From an uncultured Thermoleophilia bacterium (GTDB lineage: Bacteria; Actinomycetota; Thermoleophilia; UBA2241), in the NCBI GenBank assembly GCA_963715985.1, contig CAVQSP010000020.1, positions 226,279-290,278 of the forward strand: DNA of 64,000 nucleotides. Direction: 5' to 3'. Position 1 is the first letter of the stretch; each line of letters starts with the position of its first letter. Below, piece by piece: positions 9,804 to 18,647 of this stretch. Under the pieces are notes generated by a model. It was not told the DNA's origin. It worked only from the letters and a program-made list of their open reading frames with translations, and made no database searches. The translations under genes and the position numbers were made by a program.

Positions 9804-9962
9804 ATGAACACCCGACTGGGCCGCATGATCGATCGACTGTTCTTTGGTGGTAGCCGGTCGGATGACGTGAGCCTGCATGAGTCGCAGACCACGCGCCACG
9901 CCCGTCCCGGCGTCGAAGACCCTGCCCGGTACGACAGCGGCGCCTCGGTCTACTTCCACTGA
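9804..9962 (+). CDS. Small peptide 3 (52 aa) MNTRLGRMIDRLFFGGSRSDDVSLHESQTTRHARPGVEDPARYDSGASVYFH
   Basis: GAGGAG SD, own promoter, RLFFGG N-terminus resembling RFFxG of peptides 1/2. Confidence 0.7.
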   Translation: MNTRLGRMIDRLFFGGSRSDDVSLHESQTTRHARPGVEDPARYDSGASVYFH

Positions 9963-10012
9963 CACTCGCGGGTGCGGCCGGCTGACGCCGGCCCGCGGCT
10001 CATACGCGCGCA

Positions 10013-10064
10013 AAGGCCCCCGGCCGCTCCACCCGACGAGTCGGGTGGAGCGGCCGGGGGCCTT
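10013..10064. terminator. 25-bp perfect inverted repeat, probable bidirectional terminator
   Basis: AAGGCCCCCGGCCGCTCCACCCGAC-GA-reverse complement, between convergent genes. Confidence 0.75.
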
Positions 10065-10099
10065 CTTCACGTACGCATGTCTCTGGAAGTGATGCAGCC

Positions 10100-11413
10100 T
10101 CAGGCCGGGAAGTACTCCGGGTAGCTGCGCGGCTTGGTCTTGCGCCGCTGGTAGGTGTGCGCCAGTTCGAGGAAGATGCCCACGTCGCGCTCCAGGTCGC
10201 CCTGGGTGCCGTCGAAGTAGAAGACGCGGATGGGCATGTTCTCGAGGTCCTTCTGCAGGCTGGGGTACACGGCCTCGGTGACGATGCCGTTCATGCAGGT
10301 GAACGGGCTGATGTCGATGATGCCGTCCGCGCCCTTGCCGTACAAGTAGACGGCCTTGCCGCTGCTCAGCACCATCTCCCCCAACGCCCCGGTGTAGGGC
10401 AGGTACGGGTAGCTGAGCTCGAGCACCTGGCCGACGTCCTCGGGCTCCTCGTACCCGACGAAGTCGTCGTGGAACGGGCCGTACAGCGCGTGTTCGTCGG
10501 AGCGCATGATCCTGCTCTTCAGATAGCGGTAGGCGTTGTCCTTGGAGAAGCGGCGCTTGGTCTCGATGAGGCGGCGGCGCTGCTCGTCGTCCGTGTACCA
10601 CACCCACTCGCCGATGTCGGCCAGCCAGCACTCCCCGCCCTGCTCCTCGACCACACGGATCAGGTCGAAGTTGGAGAAGGTGTTCTGGCGGCAGAAGATC
10701 TCGCCGACCACGCCGATGAGGGGCCGCGAGCGGTCGTAGGCGGCCGGGATGGCGCGGAAGCGGTCGCGGGCGGCCAGCATGGTCGGCAGGATGGCCGCCA
10801 TACGCTCCTTGTGCGAGACGCCGTTGAGGCTGACGGCCTCGCCGACCTCCTTGAGGCTCTGATGGTAGGCCGCGTCGGTGCTGCCCTTCTCGAGCTCGTA
10901 GGGCCGCGTCTTGAGCAGGAGCTTCATGAGGATGTCCTGCGTGAGCACGGCCCGCCAGGCCGTACGGATGAGGTCGCTGGAGTAGCTGCCGATGGACGAG
11001 TAGCCGTCGCTCGAGGTGATGGTGATCACCGGCACGTCCGCGTAGCCGAGCTCGCGGAACTTGGCATTGATGAGGTGCAGGTACTGACCGAAGCGGCAAG
11101 GCCCGTTGGCCGTGGGCATGAGGAAGGCGACGTTGTCGCGACCCTCGTCCTCGATGATGCGCAGGAAGTCGCCCATGGTGATCTTCTGGGGGTAGCACTC
11201 GTCACCCGACGTCACGCGGCCACCCAGGTCGAGCGTGCGCTCGTCGGAGTCGCTCGTGGGCCACGCGTCGAAGCCGATGGAGCGGATGGCCGCGGCCAGC
11301 AGGTAGGTGCCGCCGTACGGCATCTGCGGCAGATAGAGGCGCCGGCCCTCGAGGCCGAAGTCCTTGATGGCCTGCTGGATGCGCGCGTCCTGCACGACGT
11401 CACTTGGCGACAA
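10100..11413 (-). CDS. PlsR-like reductase/dehydratase subunit (2-hydroxyacyl-CoA dehydratase-related)
   Basis: GDECYPQK, GPCRFGQY, VVGEIF, PFTCMNG motifs; overlaps end of upstream activase gene. Confidence 0.75.
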   Translation of the reverse strand: MSPSDVVQDARIQQAIKDFGLEGRRLYLPQMPYGGTYLLAAAIRSIGFDAWPTSDSDERTLDLGGRVTSGDECYPQKITMGDFLRIIEDEGRDNVAFLMPTANGPCRFGQYLHLINAKFRELGYADVPVITITSSDGYSSIGSYSSDLIRTAWRAVLTQDILMKLLLKTRPYELEKGSTDAAYHQSLKEVGEAVSLNGVSHKERMAAILPTMLAARDRFRAIPAAYDRSRPLIGVVGEIFCRQNTFSNFDLIRVVEEQGGECWLADIGEWVWYTDDEQRRRLIETKRRFSKDNAYRYLKSRIMRSDEHALYGPFHDDFVGYEEPEDVGQVLELSYPYLPYTGALGEMVLSSGKAVYLYGKGADGIIDISPFTCMNGIVTEAVYPSLQKDLENMPIRVFYFDGTQGDLERDVGIFLELAHTYQRRKTKPRSYPEYFPA

Positions 11414-14400
11414 CGGCCACCTCCTCCTCGGGGGCGCAGAGGTGCTCGCGCGCCTCGCCGGCCTGCGACCACCAGCGCAGGAACCCCTTACTGTCCAGGT
11501 AGGCCTCGCAGCGCGTCATGGCTCCGGCGTCGTTCTGATGCTCGTCGAACTGCAGTGTGAGGAACGGCTTGCCGGAGGCCTCGCGCACGTAGTGCTTGAT
11601 GTACGAGTCCGGGCCGCACTTGAAGTTGGTCATGTAGATGATGTGCAGGTGGTCCTGCCCCTGCACGTAGGTGGCGGCCTGCAGGATCTTGCGCCCGTAG
11701 TTCCAGTACATGTTGGGGACGACGGGGCTGACGTCGATGCCCTGGATGGGCAGGAAGTCCAGCGGGATCACATTGACGCCGTAGAACTTGCGCAGCTTGC
11801 GCGGGATGTCCATGTTCACGCCCTTGTCGTACATGTTGTACGGGCGCCCGATGAGCACGATGCCCAGCTCGCCGGAGCGGCGAAGGGTGTCCAGGGCTTC
11901 GTCGCCGGCGACACGCAACGCAGCGCGGAACTCGTCCTGGGCCACGAAGGCGCGGTCCAGAGCGGCGCGCAGCCGTCCCTTGCTCACTCCCAGCGTGGCG
12001 GCCATCGGAGCGAGGTCGCGGAGCAGACCCTCGCGGCCCTCGCGGAACATCACGCGCGGGGCGAGGAACTTGTCCTTGTACTGCTGGAGCGCCGGGGCGG
12101 AGCGCACCACGAAGGGCAGCGTCTGGCCCCACGGGCAGGCGTGTGAGTTGTAGGAGGTGAACTCGCTCTCCTCGTTGACCTGGTTGGGGAGGAAGACCCA
12201 GTCCACGCCCTGCTGCAGCAGCCACTGCGCATGACCGTGCGCCACGCGGATGGGGAAGCAAGGCTCGGCCACGGTGAGGTCCACCCCGGCCTCGCGGATC
12301 TGCTTGTCGCTCTCCGGCGACAGCACGGGGCGGACGCCAAGGTCCGCGAAAAGCGTCGCCCAGAAGGGCAGCCTGTCGTACGTGTACATGGCGCGCGCCA
12401 GGCCGACGGTGGGCGCGGACTCGCCCAGTCGCGCGCGCGCCTGCTCGTACGCCGCCAGGAGCTTCTCCTCGCGGAACGCTACGAGGTCGGCGATCACGGG
12501 CTCCTTGTCCACCTTGGCCGGCTTGCGATACCGGTCCGAGCACTTGTCGCCCCAATACGTCTTCTGGCCCTCGATGGTGAACTGGCGCACATCGCACTCG
12601 TTGGAGCAGGCCTTGCAGACGAAGTCGACCACGGTGTAGTCCACCTCGCCGAGGTCCCAGCCGCGGAACGAGCTGGGCTCGCCGGTGCGCTGCACGCGCT
12701 CGCGCGCGAGCAGGGCCATGCCGAGCGCGCCGATCACGCCGTTGTGCGGCGGCACGATGATCTCCTTGTCCAGGATCTGGCTGAAGGCCGCGGCCACGGC
12801 GTCGTTGTAGGCCGTGCCGCCCTGGAAGAAGATGCACTCCCCGACCGTGCGTTCGCGCACCAGGCGGTTGAGGTAGTTGGTCGCGATCGAGAAGGCGAGC
12901 CCGGCGACGAGGTCGTCGCGCCGGGCCCCACGCTGCTGGTACGCCATCACGTCCCGCTCCATGAACACCGTGCAGCGCTCCCCCAGGCGGATCGGAGCCT
13001 TGGAGCTGAGAGCCAGCTCGGCGAACTCGCCGATGATGTTGATGCCGAGCTTCTCTGCCTGCTCCTCGAGGAACGACCCCGTGCCGGCGGCGCACGCCTC
13101 GTTCATGGCGAAGTCCACGACGATGCCGTCCTGCAGGCTGATGAACTTGGAGTCCTGGCCGCCGATCTCGAAGATCGTGTCGACCTGACGGCCGATCTTG
13201 CGGCTGATGAAGTCGGCGCCGGTCTTGTGGGCGGTGATCTCGTCGGTGATGATGTCCGCCCCGCACAGCTCGCCGATGAGCTCGCGGCCCGAGCCGGTGG
13301 TGCCCACACCCAGGAGGTTGATGCGCGCCCCGAGCTCTTCGTGGATGTCCTGCAGGCCCTTGGTCACCACTTCGACCGGACGCGCGTCGGTCTTGGTGTA
13401 GATCTCCTTGATGACGCGCCCGTCGTCGTCGATGACCACGAGATTCGTGGACACCGAGCCGATGTCGATACCCATGAAGACGTCGATCGGCGCGCCGTTG
13501 CCTGCGAACTCGAAGGGTTCGGCCATGTCGCGCAGCAGCAGCACCTTGTCCATGGAGAGCGGCTCGGTCACGGGGAAGTCGGCGGCCGGCAGGCGGCTGG
13601 CGTCCAGCGTGGACATGGCCGCGCGCACCGACTCGTAGTCGGCCTCGATGAGCGCCGCTCCCACGGCGCCGAGCTCGGCGTGATACTCGGGGATGAAGAG
13701 GTCGCCGGGCTCCAGGTCGAAGGCCTCCAGGAGCGCCTGCACCGCGCCCTTGTTGGCGGCTACGCCGCCGATGAAGGCGATGGGCGGCTCCACGACCTTG
13801 CCCTTGGCGATGGTGCCCTTGAAGTTGCGCATCACGGCGTCGCAGAGGCCGCGCAGCACCTCGGGCGGCTGATAGCCCTTCTGCTGGGCGTGGATCATGT
13901 CCGACTTGGCGAACACGCTGCAGCGCCCGGCGATACTGGCGGCCTTGCCGGCATCCAGCACGATGTCGCCGACGTCCTCGATGTCGTAGAGCAGGCGGCT
14001 GGCCTGCTGGTCCATGAAGGAGCCGGTGCCGGCGGCGCAGTCGCCGTTCGACTGATAGTCCGTGATGCCGTGGCAACGCGCCTCGTCGTCCGGCTCGAGC
14101 CTGATGAACTTGGAGGTCTCGCCACCCATCTCGAAGATCGTCCGCGTCTCCGGATACAGAGCGCTGACGCCGCGCGTGATCGCCTTGAACTCGTTCTCGA
14201 AGCTGGCCGTGAGGGCCTGCCCGATGAGCCGGCCGCCCGACCCGGTGACCCGCACGCCGGCGATCTTGCCCTCGGGCAGCACGGCGACGAGCTCGTCGAG
14301 CAGCGCCTGAGTGGCTGCGCCCGGGCTGCCCTTGATGCGACGGTAGCGCGCCACGAGCACGGGCCGGCCGTCGACCATGGTCAGACCGTCGGCGGGAAGC

Positions 14401-14516
14401 TCGAAGAGTTCGGGATGCGCGGAGAGGAGATCGGAGTAGAGAGTGAGGTCCTCAGCCTCTCCGGCCAAGGCCGCTTTGAGGCTGATGCAGCCGATGTCGA
14501 TACCGAGAGAAGTCAT
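11400..14516 (-). CDS. PlsA/Ger-like protein: two CoA-activase (BadF/BcrAD) ATPase domains plus DUF2229
   Basis: GIDIG x2, CAAGTGSF x2, RCSVF/RCTVF, CxxCxNxC, CFPIRVAHG, FKCGPDS. Confidence 0.85.
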   Translation of the reverse strand: MTSLGIDIGCISLKAALAGEAEDLTLYSDLLSAHPELFELPADGLTMVDGRPVLVARYRRIKGSPGAATQALLDELVAVLPEGKIAGVRVTGSGGRLIGQALTASFENEFKAITRGVSALYPETRTIFEMGGETSKFIRLEPDDEARCHGITDYQSNGDCAAGTGSFMDQQASRLLYDIEDVGDIVLDAGKAASIAGRCSVFAKSDMIHAQQKGYQPPEVLRGLCDAVMRNFKGTIAKGKVVEPPIAFIGGVAANKGAVQALLEAFDLEPGDLFIPEYHAELGAVGAALIEADYESVRAAMSTLDASRLPAADFPVTEPLSMDKVLLLRDMAEPFEFAGNGAPIDVFMGIDIGSVSTNLVVIDDDGRVIKEIYTKTDARPVEVVTKGLQDIHEELGARINLLGVGTTGSGRELIGELCGADIITDEITAHKTGADFISRKIGRQVDTIFEIGGQDSKFISLQDGIVVDFAMNEACAAGTGSFLEEQAEKLGINIIGEFAELALSSKAPIRLGERCTVFMERDVMAYQQRGARRDDLVAGLAFSIATNYLNRLVRERTVGECIFFQGGTAYNDAVAAAFSQILDKEIIVPPHNGVIGALGMALLARERVQRTGEPSSFRGWDLGEVDYTVVDFVCKACSNECDVRQFTIEGQKTYWGDKCSDRYRKPAKVDKEPVIADLVAFREEKLLAAYEQARARLGESAPTVGLARAMYTYDRLPFWATLFADLGVRPVLSPESDKQIREAGVDLTVAEPCFPIRVAHGHAQWLLQQGVDWVFLPNQVNEESEFTSYNSHACPWGQTLPFVVRSAPALQQYKDKFLAPRVMFREGREGLLRDLAPMAATLGVSKGRLRAALDRAFVAQDEFRAALRVAGDEALDTLRRSGELGIVLIGRPYNMYDKGVNMDIPRKLRKFYGVNVIPLDFLPIQGIDVSPVVPNMYWNYGRKILQAATYVQGQDHLHIIYMTNFKCGPDSYIKHYVREASGKPFLTLQFDEHQNDAGAMTRCEAYLDSKGFLRWWSQAGEAREHLCAPEEEVAVVAK

Positions 14517-14810
14517 GGGTGAAAGACGTGTACCTCCTGCGGGCCGAACCCGCCTAGCCGACCAAAAAGACTACCGTCCCCGGCGGTCTCCCGCAAGCTG
14601 GCTGAACAAGAGTACGTTACTCCTGTTTCTCAGTCAACGGCCCGTCCGGCGGGCCGGCGGGCCTATGCGCCATCGTGCACCCGGGTGACCGCGGTGATGT
14701 CATCCCCCCGCGCTCTTCGTGAGCCTGTGAGAGCGGCCGGCGCGCCGCTACGCTGCCTGCACGGCGCGCCGGCCGGCCGCCCCCGGCAATCTCCATCCCT
14801 GGGAGCACCC

Positions 14811-15602
14811 GTGAACGAATCGACCACGCTCACCAACCGCGAGCGCCGCGAGAACGTCGCCTTCCTCGGCCAGGCGTTCGCCGCGGCACAACGCCAGCCG
14901 GCCGACGTGCTCGACGCCGACGAACGCGAGCGCTTCGCCGCCGAGCCCGGCGAGCAGGCCAGGCTCTTCTTCAAGCTCCTGTGCTACGGCGCCCTCGCCG
15001 CGCAGCCCGCCCCCGAGGCCGTCGTCGACGCCGACTGGCGGCGCCTCGAGGCGGCGGGGGTCGTCGACGCCCTGTTCGCCGACGAGTTCGACCTCAAGCG
15101 ATACGCCCTCGACCCTCCAGTCTCGCGCACCGACAGCAAAGGCAAGGTCATCGACTTCGTCCGCCTCGCCGAGGCGCGCGACACCTGGAGCAGGCTCCTG
15201 CCGCAGCCCGACGACCCGGACGTCGCCGTGGACGTGCTGCACGCGTCCTCGGGGGGCGCGCTCAAGTCGCGCGCCTTCTGGGCCGTGCGCGAGATGCGGC
15301 GCCACAAGCTGTGGCAGGACGAGGACCTGGACCGCTATGCCTGCGTGCCGGACGGCCGCGTGCGCAAGCGCGCCGTGCGCATGGGTCTCATCGATCTGCC
15401 GGAGAAGGCGGACACGTTCGCCGACATGAAGGCGGTGTCACGAGCGCTGCACGCCGTGTTGCGTCTCGGCGAGGCACCCGATGGGGCCTTCGACCTGCCC
15501 ATCAGCACCGCCGACATGCGCTGCGAGATCTGCGACGCGGCGCGCATGGCGGCCTGCCCCATCCCGCATTGCCGCTGGCGCCGGGAGCACGCCGTCGCCT
15601 GA
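14811..15602 (+). CDS. Hypothetical protein, possible HhH-GPD-like fold with C-terminal Cys cluster
   Basis: GGGAG SD before GTG; VPDGRVRKRAVRMGLI resembles the HhH-GPD PD-helix; CEIC-x7-CPIPHC. Confidence 0.5.
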   Translation: MNESTTLTNRERRENVAFLGQAFAAAQRQPADVLDADERERFAAEPGEQARLFFKLLCYGALAAQPAPEAVVDADWRRLEAAGVVDALFADEFDLKRYALDPPVSRTDSKGKVIDFVRLAEARDTWSRLLPQPDDPDVAVDVLHASSGGALKSRAFWAVREMRRHKLWQDEDLDRYACVPDGRVRKRAVRMGLIDLPEKADTFADMKAVSRALHAVLRLGEAPDGAFDLPISTADMRCEICDAARMAACPIPHCRWRREHAVA

Positions 15603-15838
15603 GGTGAACACCCCAGAACGCCGCCGGAGCCCCGCCGGAGCAGAGGGAGGCTCCGGCGGCCTCGTGGAGCCGTTTCTGCGCGGAGATGGCGTCAAGCTGC
15701 GGTGAGCGGCCCGGCGGAAGTCAGGTGAGAGACCCACCCCTCTCTAGTGCGGGCGCCCTATGCTCACCGCGCCTCCGAAGGGAGATAACACTGGTGAGAG
15801 TCGAGTGGAGCGACTCGCTAGCGGAGAAAGGGGGCGTC

Positions 15839-15982
15839 ATGAGCGGCTGGGAGATCCTCGCATGGCTCGCCGTGGCCGTAGTGACCATCCTCCGCGTTGC
15901 GCTCGTGGTCGGGCTGATCGCCTTGATCGTCCTGGTCGCGCGCGGCGTATGGAACTATCACGCGCCACAGCCGATGTCCTGA
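15839..15982 (+). CDS. Small membrane protein (47 aa)
   Basis: GAAAGGGGG SD; MSGWEILAWLAVAVVTILRVALVVGLIALIVLVARG hydrophobic. Confidence 0.6.
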   Translation: MSGWEILAWLAVAVVTILRVALVVGLIALIVLVARGVWNYHAPQPMS

Positions 15983-16040
15983 CGTCACAGCTCTGACGTC
16001 ACAAGCGTGAAGCGCCGGCTCGAGAACATGGGCCGGCGCT

Positions 16041-18506
16041 TCAGCGTACGGTGAGTCGCGTCACCGCCGGCGCGCTCTGCCCGTTCCCCGCCCGATCCAG
16101 AGCGGCGAACGTCAGCGTGTAGACGCCCGGCGACGTCGCCTTCCACGTGCACGTCGCCGGCTTGCCCTGTTTGACCCATCCACACGCGACGGTGCCGACC
16201 GCGGCGCCGCCGGCGTCCGTCACCGCGACCGTGACCTTCACCGTCGAGCTCCAGGCGTCACGGACGGTGAACGAGACGTTGGCCGCCTTTCCTGGCTTGG
16301 CCGTCGCCTCCGCGGGCACGGTGAACTTCGGCGCGCTGCGGTCGACCGTGACCGGAGCGCTCACCGACGTCTCGCCTTCAGCGCCGTCCGCGAGCACCTG
16401 CAGCCGGTAAAGGCCGCTTGCGGCCGCGCCGCCGCCGGAGACCGTGCCGTCCCAGACCACCTCGTGCGTACCGGCGACCATCGTCCCCGCCGACAGCGTG
16501 CGCACGACGTCGCTCGCCCTCAGCACGTTGAGCGTCACATCCGCCCGCCGCGTCAGCTTGAAGGCCAGCGTCGCCGAGTCCTTGACCCCGTCGGCGTTGG
16601 GCGAGAAGGCCGCCGGCGTGAGCACCGGGAACCCGAGCGTGCGGTCCACGATCACCGCGCGCCGCACCGAATCGCTGTTGCCGGCGAGGTCACGCATCTC
16701 GACGACGATCACGGCTTTGCCTTCAGGGGCGTCCACGAGCTTGCCGCCGTCGTTGACGCGCCCGTCCCAGGGCACCGTCCTCGAGGAAGCGCCGACGCTG
16801 CGCCAGCCCATGAGCGTGCGCACGACGCGGTCGTTCTCGTCCACCACGGTCACCCGCGCAGTGCCCGCCTCACCGGGCTTGAACGTGACGCCGGCCACGT
16901 CGTCCTGCCCGTCCCCGTTCGGGCTGAACGGGGTCGGCGAGACGGCGGCGCTCTGCAGGCGCGGCGGCGTGGTGTCCACGTACACCGCCGCGGTGGCCGG
17001 ACGCGCCTCTCCGTCCGGGCTCGTCGCGTCTACGGTCAGCGTGTACGTGCCGTCCGGGACCCTGGCGCCGTCGTTGTCGTGGCCGGACCAGCTGGCCTCC
17101 ACGGTCTTCCCCGTACCGCTGACGCTGCGGACCACGGTCCCCTGGGCATCGGTGATGCGCATCTTCCAGTCTGCGTCCTGCGACAGCCGGCAGGTCACGG
17201 CGATGGTGTCGCGCACGCCGTCGCCGTCCGGGCTGATGAACGGGTCGCCCAACTCGACCTCGAAGATCTTGGGCTGGCCCATGGCGGCGACCGTCTTGCG
17301 GATCTCCGGGAGGAGGGCGTACAGACGGTTGCCCGGGCACTCGGTGTAGTTGGCGTCGCGGTGCCCTGCGATGGCCGGTAGCGTGACGCTCTCGCCGGTC
17401 GAGAACTTCTCACCGTACCCGCAGGTGAGCGTGCCCGTACCCTGCGGGTCCACGTGATGAACGTCGAGCTTCCAGGCGAGGAGGCTCTCGAGCGCCTGGA
17501 TGGTGGCCGACGTGGGCGTGACCTTGCTGTACGTACCGATGACGGAGACGCCGAAGCTGTGCGTGTTGAACCCCAGCACCTGCGCCCCGATGACCCCCTT
17601 GGTGACGCCGCCGTAGCGGCCCTCGTACACCGTGCCGTACTTGTCGACGAGGAAGTTGTAGCCGATGTCGCTCCAGTGCAGCGCCTTTGTGTGGTAGTAG
17701 TAGGCGCCGCGCACGACTGAGGCGGCCTCCGCGCGCGAGTAGTCGTTGCCGCTGGCGGTGTGGTGCACGAAGGCCACGACGGGGTCGGCGTAGTCGGGCG
17801 TCCCGGTGCGCAGGGATTCGTCCGCTCCCCACTCCTCGCGCGTCACGATCGCCGGCTTGTCGGTCATGGCGGCGGCCGGCTGCACGGCGCCGAGCCCGGC
17901 GACGACCGCCACCGTACGGCGGATCACGCCCAACGCCACGGCGCCCGCATCGGCCTGCTCCGTACTGTCGATGGCCACGACCCTGACGTCGCGCAAAGCG
18001 GCGGGCGCAGCGTCGCGGGCGGGCCGCGCGGCCACCTGCACGAACCGGCCGGGGCCGGTCCACAGGGCCTCGATGAACGCCTGCGGCGTCCGCGAACCAG
18101 CCTCGGCCTGGACGTCGAGCGAGGCTGTGTACCAGCGGCTCCACGCGCGGCCGTCCAGACTCGTGCGGATGTCGACGAGGACGCGGTCCGCGTGAGCCGG
18201 GGTGCTGCAGGTGACGCCGATCATGGTGAAGCGCAGGCCGGCGTCCACAGTGACCGCGCCCGCGCCGCGCACGGCCTGACTCACGTCGCCGGCCGCCGTG
18301 CGCGCCGCGGAGGCGGCCGGGGCGGCCACCGGCAGCCCGGCCGGGACGGCGATGGTGGCCGAGTGCACCTGCGGGGTGCGTACCCACGCGGCCACGGCTT
18401 CGCTCACCCGCGGGGCGCACCAGATCGCTGCGAGCGCCGCCATGAGGGTGATGATGGAAACGGCCGCCACGCGTGCGGCCCGCTTGTGAGCTCGAGCTCT
18501 CGCCAT
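16041..18506 (-). CDS. Secreted N-acetylmuramoyl-L-alanine amidase (Amidase_2/PGRP) with FlgD-type Ig repeats
   Basis: Signal peptide; VHHTA, WSDIGYNFLVD..YEGR, GHRD..TECPG; three (F/I)SPxxDGxxD...W(D/S)G modules. Confidence 0.88.
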   Translation of the reverse strand: MARARAHKRAARVAAVSIITLMAALAAIWCAPRVSEAVAAWVRTPQVHSATIAVPAGLPVAAPAASAARTAAGDVSQAVRGAGAVTVDAGLRFTMIGVTCSTPAHADRVLVDIRTSLDGRAWSRWYTASLDVQAEAGSRTPQAFIEALWTGPGRFVQVAARPARDAAPAALRDVRVVAIDSTEQADAGAVALGVIRRTVAVVAGLGAVQPAAAMTDKPAIVTREEWGADESLRTGTPDYADPVVAFVHHTASGNDYSRAEAASVVRGAYYYHTKALHWSDIGYNFLVDKYGTVYEGRYGGVTKGVIGAQVLGFNTHSFGVSVIGTYSKVTPTSATIQALESLLAWKLDVHHVDPQGTGTLTCGYGEKFSTGESVTLPAIAGHRDANYTECPGNRLYALLPEIRKTVAAMGQPKIFEVELGDPFISPDGDGVRDTIAVTCRLSQDADWKMRITDAQGTVVRSVSGTGKTVEASWSGHDNDGARVPDGTYTLTVDATSPDGEARPATAAVYVDTTPPRLQSAAVSPTPFSPNGDGQDDVAGVTFKPGEAGTARVTVVDENDRVVRTLMGWRSVGASSRTVPWDGRVNDGGKLVDAPEGKAVIVVEMRDLAGNSDSVRRAVIVDRTLGFPVLTPAAFSPNADGVKDSATLAFKLTRRADVTLNVLRASDVVRTLSAGTMVAGTHEVVWDGTVSGGGAAASGLYRLQVLADGAEGETSVSAPVTVDRSAPKFTVPAEATAKPGKAANVSFTVRDAWSSTVKVTVAVTDAGGAAVGTVACGWVKQGKPATCTWKATSPGVYTLTFAALDRAGNGQSAPAVTRLTVR

Positions 18507-18647
18507 GTCGATTCCGGCAGACTCAGTTTCGACAGGGTAGCACGAAACCCTCAGCCGGCCACCCGGGGCCCGGCCACGAACGAGAGACGGGCGGCGGGGC
18601 GCTGCTCGCGCCCCGCCGCCCGCGGGATCCAGGCTCGTACGGCCGCG

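Noticed and set aside
12231-14522. Long antisense or alternate-frame ORFs (also 43742..45979, 46405..49071, 59504..61933)
   Set aside because: Shadow ORFs expected from high GC3 codon bias opposite real genes
15979-16003. Tandem CTGACGTCACA repeat
   Set aside because: Lies between convergent gene ends with no promoter context; function unsupported
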